A DNA stretch of 28,399 bases from a virus (lineage: Duplodnaviria; Caudoviricetes): IMG/VR virus record IMGVR_UViG_3300028553_000130, positions 1 to 28,399 of that record. One strand, 5' to 3'. Position 1 is the first letter of the stretch. Every line of letters starts with the position of its first letter. A program made the position numbers and the translations under genes. Positions 1 through 8,301 of the stretch are shown here, piece after piece. Under the pieces are notes generated by a model that saw only the letters and a list, made by a program, of their open reading frames with translations, ran no database searches and had not been told where the DNA came from.

Positions 1-76
1 CGTAGGCGCCCGCCCAGCGGCGGGCTTGGCGGACGTGGTGGCGTTGTTGGCGGCGGGTCAGGCGCGCGCGTGACAT
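1..76 (-). CDS. Partial hypothetical protein running off the left edge (MSRARLTRRQQRHHV...)
   Basis: ATG at 76, 4 nt after the stop of the upstream gene; frame open to the window edge. Confidence 0.4.
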   Translation of the reverse strand, partial: MSRARLTRRQQRHHVRQARRWAGAY

Positions 77-80
77 TGGG

Positions 81-2501
81 TCAGCGGCTGGCCGGGAAGA
101 TGTGGGGGAGGGATTTCGCCAGCGGCGCCTTCAGCTTCCGACGCTCCTCCGCCAACCGGGCGCGTGACCGCTCCTCCGCCGCGGGGACGGCATCCCGCAC
201 CTGCTGCTTCATCGCTTCCAAGGCATCGGATTTAACGTGATCGCCGGCGCGCAGCGCCGCGTTCATCCGGTTCGTCAGCTTGAGCAGCGCCCTGTCCAGG
301 TCTGTCCGCGTGGTCTGCGGGTCTTGCAATTGCTTCGCGATATCGGGCGCAGGACTTGCCTTGGGCTTGGCCGCGCGAGCGGGCTTGGGGGCGGGGGGCT
401 TAGCTGGGGCGGCTGGCTTCTCAGCACCAGGCGACCGAACAGCATACCGATCGGCAAGTGCCTTCTTCTGCGCAAGCATGTCCTCATACTGCTGCTCGAT
501 CTTGTGTCCCTTTTTGCGCAGGTCATCCAATCCATTGCGGTCTCTTTCGTACTCCCACTGCGTCACGTCCGCTTTAATATGGGCCGCGGTCTCCGCGTCG
601 ATCTCAGGCGGGAATGGCTTGAACTCCCCGGAATCAAGGATACCCACTTCCATGTCACGCTTTAGATCAGGAAGCCATACCTTGAAATAGTTCGTATCAA
701 ATGCACGCGCCACAAAGCCGACTCGGAACGGCTTGCGCGGGGCTTTCTCTGTCAACTGTTTCGGGGTGATCGATAACGGGTCGGGGGGCTCGGGCTTCGC
801 GCTGGCCGGCGCGCTTGCGGGCTTGGGCTTGGCGTTAGGCGCCCCCGCAATCGCCGCCCGATCGGCAGGGGTTGATCCGATGAGGGCGCGGGGGGCGGGG
901 GCCTGGGGTGACTTCGCCCCCATCCACCCCGGCTTCTCCACCGGCTTGAAGTCCCGGAAAAACTCCGCCTCATCCGCGGTCAGGTCGACATTCGGCGTGT
1001 TGTCGACGAAGTATTGACGCGCGATCTCGCGCCGCTTCGGGTCGTCGATGCTGTCGAGTTGCTTGCCGACGCGGCTGTAAAACGACTCCAGGTTATCGCG
1101 CGAGTTCTTGTAAGCCTCAGCCGCATACCGGCCTTCGCCCTGAAACTGCTTGTCGGTCTTGCGCGCCCGGTCCAAGCCTTCGCTGAATCGCTTGGCAGGA
1201 TCGAGAATGGAATCAAAATGCTGCTTTGCGGATTCGGGGATTTCTTCGCGCTCAGGCTCCGCAGGCTTCTCCGCCGCCCGCACAATCTTCACCGGCTTTT
1301 TCCCGACGGTGCCGGCCGCTTTCCTGCGCTCGAAATCGTCTTTCACCTGGGCCGCTACCTGCCGCGACAGCACCTCGCGCTTTCGCTTCAGGTTGCCGTG
1401 GATCGCTTCCATCAGCGCCTTCTTGCTGCCGAAGTCCTTTGCATCGTGCTCAGGGTCGACCAGGAACAGCCGGCGCGCCAGCGAGTGAGAGTCATCGGCG
1501 TTCAGGTCGTGGAAGGCGTGCAAGGCTTCACGCTGCCGCCCATGCGCAAGGTGGTGCAGGACATGCTCTTCGCGATGCGACATGTGAGCGAACTCGGTCC
1601 GGCCGCGCTCCGGCCGCTTATCGGTGTAACTGTCGACCCAATGCCGTTGGCCGGTCTTGGCGTTCAGCCGGTAGTGGCCGTGGATGTAGGCTTTGACCAG
1701 GGCGTGATGAGCGGGGTTGGGAAAGATCAATAGCATGGGCATGGGTGCGGTCTTGCGTAGGGGGTTGGGATGGTCGATACTGAACGCTGCAGCCGCCTCC
1801 GCGTGAGGTGATGTCTGGCCGCTACCAAGTGCTGCACTGGTGACACCGAAGGGGATCACTCCCGCCCCATGGGGGCTTGAAGCATCGGGGAAGGCGGACG
1901 ACGGCTCGCTTTTTTGGAGCGGGCCGTTATTTTTTCTAGGGTTCTGTCGACGAAACAATCGTGTGACATCCTCTATCGTCTTGAAGTGCGCGCTGCTGAA
2001 CCGATAGGTGTCGCCAGCCTCCCACTTCAATACCACGGTGTAATGCCTCCCGCCGATACGCTGTTCCAACAGCAAATCGGCATCCCAATCACGCAGCCGG
2101 CGCTGCGGATGATCGATGACTTGCAACAGCCGCCCCAGAGCGTGGGCGCGATCGGGATCGAAACCCCTCTTTCCGGTTTTCTGCTGGCCCCCGATATCGG
2201 CCGTGAAGGCATGAGTATTGTCAGCATCAAACCGCACCTTGATCGGATACGCCTTCCCGCCCGAGTGAACCGTCAAGGCCAGGGTCTTGCCGCCCAGGTG
2301 CGCCCGCCACCAGGCGCGGGCCTCGTCCAGCGTGGACAGGCTGGCGCTGCTGGGCAACACCGGGGCGCCAGTTCCGGCGCTACCTCCTGAGCCCGGACCC
2401 TGGGGCGCCTGCTTGACGTGACTTCCGCCGTGCTCCGTGCCCCACCAGCCGCGGGCCTTGGAGAAGAACAGGGCGCGCGGTTGGTGGGGTTGTGTGCTCA
2501 T
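81..2501 (-). CDS. Large polyvalent (probably head-packaged) protein with an N-terminal PBECR-like RNase domain, further unknown domains and Pro/Ala/Lys linkers
   Basis: Start chosen at MSTQ (ATG 2501), 7 nt after a copy of the late motif. N-terminal domain pattern H..R...L..VI.HP...YTVV....F.SAH fits BECR-fold nucleases. Repeated FSKA/LQKS/LVKA/LAKS motifs. Lies downstream of the capsid genes. Confidence 0.65.
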   Translation of the reverse strand: MSTQPHQPRALFFSKARGWWGTEHGGSHVKQAPQGPGSGGSAGTGAPVLPSSASLSTLDEARAWWRAHLGGKTLALTVHSGGKAYPIKVRFDADNTHAFTADIGGQQKTGKRGFDPDRAHALGRLLQVIDHPQRRLRDWDADLLLEQRIGGRHYTVVLKWEAGDTYRFSSAHFKTIEDVTRLFRRQNPRKNNGPLQKSEPSSAFPDASSPHGAGVIPFGVTSAALGSGQTSPHAEAAAAFSIDHPNPLRKTAPMPMLLIFPNPAHHALVKAYIHGHYRLNAKTGQRHWVDSYTDKRPERGRTEFAHMSHREEHVLHHLAHGRQREALHAFHDLNADDSHSLARRLFLVDPEHDAKDFGSKKALMEAIHGNLKRKREVLSRQVAAQVKDDFERRKAAGTVGKKPVKIVRAAEKPAEPEREEIPESAKQHFDSILDPAKRFSEGLDRARKTDKQFQGEGRYAAEAYKNSRDNLESFYSRVGKQLDSIDDPKRREIARQYFVDNTPNVDLTADEAEFFRDFKPVEKPGWMGAKSPQAPAPRALIGSTPADRAAIAGAPNAKPKPASAPASAKPEPPDPLSITPKQLTEKAPRKPFRVGFVARAFDTNYFKVWLPDLKRDMEVGILDSGEFKPFPPEIDAETAAHIKADVTQWEYERDRNGLDDLRKKGHKIEQQYEDMLAQKKALADRYAVRSPGAEKPAAPAKPPAPKPARAAKPKASPAPDIAKQLQDPQTTRTDLDRALLKLTNRMNAALRAGDHVKSDALEAMKQQVRDAVPAAEERSRARLAEERRKLKAPLAKSLPHIFPASR
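1753..1781 (+). promoter_or_regulatory. Putative sigma70 promoter, antisense and internal to the polyvalent gene
   Basis: TTGCGT (1753-1758), 17 bp, GATACT (1776-1781). Confidence 0.55.
1787..1915 (+). ncRNA. Putative structured small RNA antisense to the linker just after the PBECR-like domain
   Basis: Closing stem AGCCG-CC-TCCGC (1791-1802) / GCGGA-CGA-CGGCT (1894-1906); internal hairpins 1828-1838, 1852-1863, 1864-1876; T6 at 1910-1915. Confidence 0.5.
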
Positions 2502-2506
2502 GGGCG

Positions 2507-2911
2507 TTAGTGTGGCGTCACGACGCGGCAGGCAGCGTCCCGGCGCTGATACTCCTCCGCATACCGGGCGACGCGCTCCCACAGGGAATCCTTCAACTCA
2601 CGATAGGGCGTCCGCCGCTGGATTAGTTGCGCCAACAACTGGTCCAGGTCGAACTTCAGTTGCTCAACGTGACGCAGCATGGGTTCCGGCATTTCCTTGA
2701 TCTTGTAGCCGTAGCGCAGGGTTATCCGCCGGGCCACCGAGATCATGATGCCCTTGAGACTTTCGGCTTTTGGACCATCGCCGTTTTCGTCCTGATACCC
2801 GGCCAGGCTCGACACGCGATCCGTGAGCGCCTTCTGGGCTACCGCCTCCGCCGACAGGGCAATCTCGCGGCGGTTGTGCTCCACCGTCAAGGCGGTTGAC
2901 TTCTTACTCAT
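2507..2911 (-). CDS. Hypothetical protein (134 aa)
   Basis: GGAGG RBS upstream; start overlaps the end of the upstream gene. Confidence 0.65.
   Translation of the reverse strand: MSKKSTALTVEHNRREIALSAEAVAQKALTDRVSSLAGYQDENGDGPKAESLKGIMISVARRITLRYGYKIKEMPEPMLRHVEQLKFDLDQLLAQLIQRRTPYRELKDSLWERVARYAEEYQRRDAACRVVTPH
2509..2524 (-). promoter_or_regulatory. Putative late promoter motif, copy 1 (GTCGTGACGCCACACT)
   Basis: Same 12-mer as copies 2-5; 7 nt before ATG 2501. Confidence 0.7.
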
Positions 2912-3908
2912 GGTCGAACCCTCCGGAGATAGCCAGACGTATCATCTCGGCCAGTTGGTCGATTTTCTTCGCCCCGTGCTCCCACTCGCGGCGAATCTCC
3001 TCGGGGGGCGCCCCGCCATGGGCCGGGTCGAAGGCGTCACTGATCAGGACCGCAATGGAGTTGATCAGATGGTCAGCCTCTACGATCCGGGGGCGGTGAC
3101 GGGCAACCGCCTGGTTGGCTTCGGTCAACGGCTCCAGTTCGCTCTTCAGGAACGCGATGCGCTGCTCCAGCGATACCAGTTGGGCCTCGCGCGAGTCGAG
3201 GGTGGATTGCTGCTCGCGCAGCTTGTTGGTGACGCCCCGCTGGATCGCATCCTCGCGCTCGTGCTTGAGGCTCTTGATGGTGTCCTTGAGTTTGTCGGCC
3301 TGTTCCTTGGAGTGCCGAATCTCGGCTCGGGCTTCCAGGACCTTGGCCTGAGCTAACCGCTCGGCTTCCAGGGCGAGGGTGCGGCGCAGCGTGGCGGCTT
3401 CAGCCTGGGCCGTCTCGGCCTTCTGTTCGGCAACCGTGCGCGTCTTCTTTTCGCCGATGGCTTGTTGGCGCCAGGATTCTTTTTCCTCTTGGAGTTTGTC
3501 CACGGCTTCCTGAACCAGCCGGGCCGTCAGCTTGCGACCGTCCTCTTCGGCTTTGGCGGTCGCTTCGGCCCAGACGGTGCGGCGTTCTTCATCGGACAAG
3601 GGAGCGAGGGGGCGCAGTTGGCTCTCTGGGGTAGAGTTGCCAATTGGCAACTCAAGCACTTTTTCTATCGCAGCAGCATTCGCAAGGCGATGAAGGTAAA
3701 CGTTCTCATACCCGAGTTCCGCCTGTCCGTATTCCTCAAAGGAGGCATACCCAAGCGCCTTCCATCCTTTGCGGTCCCGCATGTCGAGCAAGAGTGCGCG
3801 CAGGGTCGTGATGCCGGCCTTGATGGCGGTATTGGTCCGCCGGGCTTCGGCCTGGGTCATCTCCGCGAGGGCGATCTGGTCGGTTGGGGGTAGGGTCATG
3901 TCGTTCAT
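2904..3908 (-). CDS. Phage protein with WKALGYASFEEY motif, possible HTH and long coiled coil
   Basis: ATG 3908 coupled (ATGA) to the upstream HTH gene with GGAGG RBS; heptad-rich C-terminal half. Confidence 0.65.
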   Translation of the reverse strand: MNDMTLPPTDQIALAEMTQAEARRTNTAIKAGITTLRALLLDMRDRKGWKALGYASFEEYGQAELGYENVYLHRLANAAAIEKVLELPIGNSTPESQLRPLAPLSDEERRTVWAEATAKAEEDGRKLTARLVQEAVDKLQEEKESWRQQAIGEKKTRTVAEQKAETAQAEAATLRRTLALEAERLAQAKVLEARAEIRHSKEQADKLKDTIKSLKHEREDAIQRGVTNKLREQQSTLDSREAQLVSLEQRIAFLKSELEPLTEANQAVARHRPRIVEADHLINSIAVLISDAFDPAHGGAPPEEIRREWEHGAKKIDQLAEMIRLAISGGFDHE

Positions 3909-4120
3909 ACCCCCACCTCCGACAGCGTCTCGCCCCGCGCCACGGCGTCTACCTGATCGGCCGGCCACAGCCAACGTCGGTTCGCGAGCTTGACCGGCCG
4001 CAGGCCCAGGTACTCGCCGCGCTCGCGCAGCCGAACATGGATGGTTGGTATCTGGACCCCGAGTACCGCGGCGGTCTGCGCCGTGGAGTAACCGCGGGGT
4101 GGTTGGGTGTTGGAAGCCAT
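3905..4120 (-). CDS. Small excisionase/AlpA-like HTH DNA-binding protein
   Basis: YSTAQTAAVLGVQIPTI...P.KL.N.R.LWP pattern typical of phage winged-HTH proteins. Confidence 0.7.
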   Translation of the reverse strand: MASNTQPPRGYSTAQTAAVLGVQIPTIHVRLRERGEYLGLRPVKLANRRWLWPADQVDAVARGETLSEVGV

Positions 4121-4165
4121 GATGGCGATACTCAGCAAGGCACCGGAGCATACCGGTATAAAGCA

Positions 4166-4181
4166 ATGCTGGCGTCACGAC
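4166..4181 (-). promoter_or_regulatory. Putative late promoter motif, copy 2 (GTCGTGACGCCAGCAT)
   Basis: Exact 12-mer, intergenic, just past the terminator at 4211-4251. Confidence 0.6.
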
Positions 4182-4210
4182 ATTCGGCGCGCCAACATCA
4201 TTTCATACAC

Positions 4211-4251
4211 AAAGCAAAAAAGCCGGCCCGGTCGGGAGGATACGGGCCGGC
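4211..4251 (-). terminator. Rho-independent terminator of the capsid operon
   Basis: GCCGGCCCG / CGGGCCGGC stem followed by TTTTTTGCTTT on the minus strand. Confidence 0.75.
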
Positions 4252-4357
4252 AAGACGCTCAGCAGAATGAGCGACGAGGAGGACAGGGGAGCGGACCGGC
4301 CGCGGCCGGTCCGTAAAAACAGGGACGCCGCACGCAACGGCGCGGTGTCATGCGTAT

Positions 4358-4630
4358 TCATGCCGACGCCGCCGCCGCGCCCTCCTTGCGCCGGCGCCGC
4401 TCCAGTTCGGCCGCCGCTCGGACCGCGCTCGACAGCGGGGCGGCTGGTGCTGGTTCGACGGCTGGTTCCGGCGCCACTTCCGCCACCAACACATACCCCG
4501 GAATCCGCACGAACCGCGCGGCCTCATCCGCCGTGAGCGGGTCCGACAGCATCCCGCCGTCGGTCGGCGCGAACCGCACCCCGCTGATCAGCGTGCCCGC
4601 GTGGGGCAGCGTGCACAGGACGCGCATCAC
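4358..4630 (-). CDS. Small head-operon protein with C-terminal RAAAELERRRRK
   Basis: Coupled to the upstream gene; last gene before the terminator. Confidence 0.65.
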   Translation of the reverse strand: MMRVLCTLPHAGTLISGVRFAPTDGGMLSDPLTADEAARFVRIPGYVLVAEVAPEPAVEPAPAAPLSSAVRAAAELERRRRKEGAAAASA

Positions 4631-5202
4631 GCCAGGTCCGGCAGCGCCGCGGCGGTCAGCGCCAGCGCCGCGGTGTTGACGTAGGTCACGGCAATGCCGG
4701 TCGCGTCCAGCGCCGTGGTCCCGCCGACGAAGTTTGAGCCGCTGGTGTTAGTGACCACGATGTAGCCCACCCGCACCTTGTTGGCCGACACCGCGGCCAA
4801 GGCGGCGACAGCCAGGTCCGCCGTGGCCACGTCCGCGGTCTTGGCGAGGGTGGTCAAGGTCCCGGCAGCATCCATCTCGAAGGCCCAGGCCGCGCTCTTG
4901 GCGGTGGCCAAGGTCCCGGCGAGGGCGGCCATGTCGGTGGCGGCCGACTTGGCCACGGCAACGCCCGAGATCATCGCCGCAAAGGCCCCGGTGGACTTCA
5001 CCAGGACCCCGGACGCGGCCTTGATGGCCAAGGTCGGTGCCGTGGTGAGATAGGCGTTGGTGGTCTTGAGCGTCACCACATCGGCCCGCAAGGCGTTGAT
5101 GGTCGTGATCAAGGACGTGAGAAAGTCCCCCAGCGGCAGGCGCGCGAGGGTCGGCGATTCGCGGTTCAAGGCCGCGACCAGATCAGTCTGTACGATCGTC
5201 AT
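4627..5202 (-). CDS. Probable capsid decoration / minor head protein
   Basis: Ala/Thr-rich; directly after the major capsid gene; start MTIVQTD. Confidence 0.55.
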   Translation of the reverse strand: MTIVQTDLVAALNRESPTLARLPLGDFLTSLITTINALRADVVTLKTTNAYLTTAPTLAIKAASGVLVKSTGAFAAMISGVAVAKSAATDMAALAGTLATAKSAAWAFEMDAAGTLTTLAKTADVATADLAVAALAAVSANKVRVGYIVVTNTSGSNFVGGTTALDATGIAVTYVNTAALALTAAALPDLA

Positions 5203-5274
5203 GGGTTGGACTTCCAGCGAGGGACGCGCCCGATCCATCCGGACCAGGGCGCACCAAGGGCAGCAGGACCGGCC

Positions 5275-6708
5275 TTAACCAAACGGCTTCCAAGCCGCGT
5301 TGGTCGGGACGATGTTCTTGATCACCACATGATGCTGGCGCTTGCTGACCCTGAGGTAGCCCATGTGCAGCAGCGCCCACGGTACCGTCGCCGCCGCCGT
5401 CGGATACAACTGGAACTCGGTCAGCGGCAGCATCTGCCGCCAGGTCATGGCGGTATGCACCGGGCTGAGATTCAGCAGATAGGCGCGACTGGTACCGGGA
5501 ATTTCGCGGTTGGTATCCACCCAAGTGGTGGTCGCTCCGGCCTTGGCCACCTTGGCGACATACCGAAAATCGGTGGTCGCGTTGGTGCCGTTCAGGCGGC
5601 TGCGGTAGATCACATAACCGGTTTCGGTGCCCGCCGCACTGGCCGTGATGGTCAGCGTCACCTTATCGCCCGCGGCCACCGCCACCTGGGCCGACTTGAC
5701 CACCACCGACTCACCGAACTTGTTGATGCCGGTGACCGCGTAGTAGTAATTGCCCGCCTGGCCGGCCGCGAACTTGCTCGACACCTCGGCCGCCGCCACT
5801 CCGGCCACGGATACCGGCACGAAGGCGTTGGCGGTCGCGGTCGCGGAGAACGCCACCTCGAACGGCAGTTGAAAGTTCTCATCGCGGATGTAGATGTCCC
5901 GCGTCACCACCACATCCCCCTGCGAGGTGATGATCCCGCGCACCGGGGTCCCGCGCTGGCTGGCCTGGCCGTTGGGCAGCGCCACGCGCATCGCCGGGTC
6001 GAAGTTGGTATCCATGTCCGCACCGACCAGCGGGGAGATCAACAGATCGGTCGGGATGCCGTAGTTACCGCGCCCGGAGATCACCGCCGCCGCCTGGGCG
6101 ATGGCATTCACCGAACTCAGCGACTGCCCCTCCGCGTCGATGATGTGATCGGCGCTGTTGAGTGCCACCATCTGCGCGTAGATGCCGTCGAACTCCTCCG
6201 GCACCACGGCGGTATCACCCTCGAAGCAACCCAACTCCGAATCCTGCAACAGCCGCAAGGTGCCGTTGACGTTCTCCTGCGCCTTGAGGTTGATGAACGC
6301 CCCCTGCGTCATCGCCACATAGGTGACCTCACAGCGCGTCATCTGGAACGCCACCCGCCCGGTGCGGCGGTTGTAGGTGCCTTGGCCGGCCGCGATGTTG
6401 CCCGCCTCCGAGTTGAACGAGGACCCCGGATGCGCGCCGACCGCGGACAACTCCATCCACTCATCGATGGTCGCCACCGCTTGCGGCTTGGGCAGCTTGT
6501 TGAACAGCACAAAGTGCGGGTTGCCCATGATCACCGACTGCAACACCGGATCGATGGACTGCACGCGCACCGCCGCGCCGCCCGTGAGGGTCGACAGATC
6601 GGTGCCGCCCCCCGCTTCGATGGCTTTGCGCAGCGCCTCGGCATCTTGCTGGGTCGCAATGCCGGCCCCGACATCGCCCCGGTTCTGTAACTGCGGAAAA
6701 GGGAACAT
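5275..6708 (-). CDS. Major capsid protein, SPO1/K/A511 (Herelleviridae)-like
   Basis: Motifs LRKA-IEAG..TD....GAAVR, EFDGI, IIDAEG.SL, YG.PTD, YVIYR, D.N.EIPGT, terminal VIKNI recall Herelleviridae capsids; order protease-scaffold-capsid. Confidence 0.85.
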   Translation of the reverse strand: MFPFPQLQNRGDVGAGIATQQDAEALRKAIEAGGGTDLSTLTGGAAVRVQSIDPVLQSVIMGNPHFVLFNKLPKPQAVATIDEWMELSAVGAHPGSSFNSEAGNIAAGQGTYNRRTGRVAFQMTRCEVTYVAMTQGAFINLKAQENVNGTLRLLQDSELGCFEGDTAVVPEEFDGIYAQMVALNSADHIIDAEGQSLSSVNAIAQAAAVISGRGNYGIPTDLLISPLVGADMDTNFDPAMRVALPNGQASQRGTPVRGIITSQGDVVVTRDIYIRDENFQLPFEVAFSATATANAFVPVSVAGVAAAEVSSKFAAGQAGNYYYAVTGINKFGESVVVKSAQVAVAAGDKVTLTITASAAGTETGYVIYRSRLNGTNATTDFRYVAKVAKAGATTTWVDTNREIPGTSRAYLLNLSPVHTAMTWRQMLPLTEFQLYPTAAATVPWALLHMGYLRVSKRQHHVVIKNIVPTNAAWKPFG

Positions 6709-6740
6709 GACTGATTGACTCCAGGCAATGGCAGGGAAAA

Positions 6741-7379
6741 TTACGCGGTCAGCGCTTTCATCAGGTGGGCCGGCACCGGCTCGCCCATATTGAGGTAACT
6801 GTTCACCTCGGCGACCTCGACTGGCCCCAGGCGTTGGATCGCCTTGGCCAGCAGGGCGTCACGGTCGGGCGCGTCGGTCGCCGCCGCGGGCGCCGCGGGC
6901 GCGTGCAACACGCTCTGATGCCCGCGCGATTGCTTGACCATGCGCTGCTGATCGCGCCGCAGGGACTCCAGGTCGGCGGACATGGATTTCAGCAGGGTGA
7001 CGGTGTTACTCAGGACCTGATGCGTGGCCGCGTTACGGGCATCGGCCTGTGCGCGCAGACCGGCCAAGTCAGTGCTCAGCGCCAGCAGGGCATCGGTGCC
7101 GTCCAGGGCTTCGACGCTGGACCCGTCGGACAGGGTGACGGCGAAGGCTTTGCTGATGGGACGCGCGTCGTCGTCATCAGCATCGCCGGCGCGATCGGGG
7201 GCGTCGTCGTCATCATCATCGTCCTTGTTGTCGTCCTGGCCGTCCTGGTGGTCCTCATCCTTGGCCGCCGCGAGGATCTTCGCCTCGTCGTCCTGTTTCG
7301 GCTCCGGGGACTTGACCGCTTTTTGCAGCGTGGTCAGGTCCTCCAGCAGCGCGTCAAACTCAGTGTTTGCAGTGCTCAT
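6741..7379 (-). CDS. Probable scaffolding protein
   Basis: Asp-rich tract, coiled coil, several K-A/K-S motifs, located between protease and capsid. Confidence 0.65.
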   Translation of the reverse strand: MSTANTEFDALLEDLTTLQKAVKSPEPKQDDEAKILAAAKDEDHQDGQDDNKDDDDDDDAPDRAGDADDDDARPISKAFAVTLSDGSSVEALDGTDALLALSTDLAGLRAQADARNAATHQVLSNTVTLLKSMSADLESLRRDQQRMVKQSRGHQSVLHAPAAPAAATDAPDRDALLAKAIQRLGPVEVAEVNSYLNMGEPVPAHLMKALTA

Positions 7380-8245
7380 CCGATGCTTCTCCGGTTCTGT
7401 GTATGCGCCAATACATCGCGCAAAAAGCGCTCGACCCAGCCGGAAGCCTCGTCGGGCGGTACATGGAAAGTGGTGATGAGGTAGTCAGCCATCGGCTGCG
7501 GCCGGGGCTCGCCGCCGCTGCGCAGGTAGCGCGCCAAGGCTTCACGCACGGGGACATAGTCGACCTGGGGCTGGATGACCTGCGGGGCCGGATCGATCGA
7601 CTCGACACGCACCGCCGCGCCGCCGGTGAGGGTCGCCACGTCGGTGCCGTAGCCGGCTTCCAGGGCCTTGATCGCCGCGCCGCCCATCAGACATTTGGCG
7701 AGGACCCCGGCCTCCATGACGGCCGCGGGCGGGACCATGGTATTGACCGGGGTGCGCGACAAGCCGATGTTGCTCCACAGCACGCTAGTGACCGTGGTCT
7801 CCTGGGTCACCGGATCGACCTGCCGGCCGCCGCTCGGCACATGACCGGCGACGCTCGGATACCAGGGCGTTGGCGGCGTCACCTTGGTCATGGAGTCCCA
7901 GACCATGTTCGCATTGGCCGCCACCGGGCTATCGCCGCGGTACAGTTGCGCCTTGACCAGCGTGCGGGTGTCATCGCCCGTGACTGCAATCGGCTGGCCG
8001 ATGGCCCACAGATAGGGGTTATCGCCCACCGCCGCGCTGCGCTGGGTGCGATGGTCCAGGTCGATCACGCCATAGCGCAGAAAATAGTCACTGGACGCTT
8101 GCAGCGATTTCGCCAACACCCGCTCGCCCTGCAAATCCAGGTGCTCGTTGCTGGCCTCCATGTACAGAATGCGCTCGCCGCCCTCTTCGGCCGGACGCGC
8201 CTTGAACAGGCCGGACACCACCAGGACATCGTTGCTCGTATTCAT
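7376..8245 (-). CDS. Prohead protease
   Basis: EAS.E.LD.QGE, IDLDH (catalytic His), YPSVAG (catalytic Ser), LSR.PVN. Confidence 0.8.
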   Translation of the reverse strand: MNTSNDVLVVSGLFKARPAEEGGERILYMEASNEHLDLQGERVLAKSLQASSDYFLRYGVIDLDHRTQRSAAVGDNPYLWAIGQPIAVTGDDTRTLVKAQLYRGDSPVAANANMVWDSMTKVTPPTPWYPSVAGHVPSGGRQVDPVTQETTVTSVLWSNIGLSRTPVNTMVPPAAVMEAGVLAKCLMGGAAIKALEAGYGTDVATLTGGAAVRVESIDPAPQVIQPQVDYVPVREALARYLRSGGEPRPQPMADYLITTFHVPPDEASGWVERFLRDVLAHTQNRRSIG

Positions 8246-8252
8246 GGGCGGC

Positions 8253-8268
8253 AGTGTGGCGTCACGAC
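8253..8268 (-). promoter_or_regulatory. Putative late promoter motif, copy 3 (GTCGTGACGCCACACT)
   Basis: 16/16 identical to copy 1 and again 7 nt before the ATG (8245). Confidence 0.75.
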
Positions 8269-8301
8269 AGCGCGGGGTCGATCATTGGGCTTCATACCGA
8301 C

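Noticed and set aside
1787-1915. Possible genuine tRNA gene (also considered for 10688-10788)
   Set aside because: No TTCRA T-loop, no canonical arm lengths; kept only as a structured RNA candidate.
5206-6690. Long opposite-strand ORFs (also 7367-8332, 9001-10002, 13575-14582, 17763-18725)
   Set aside because: Shadow frames of real genes in GC-rich DNA, with no recognisable motifs.
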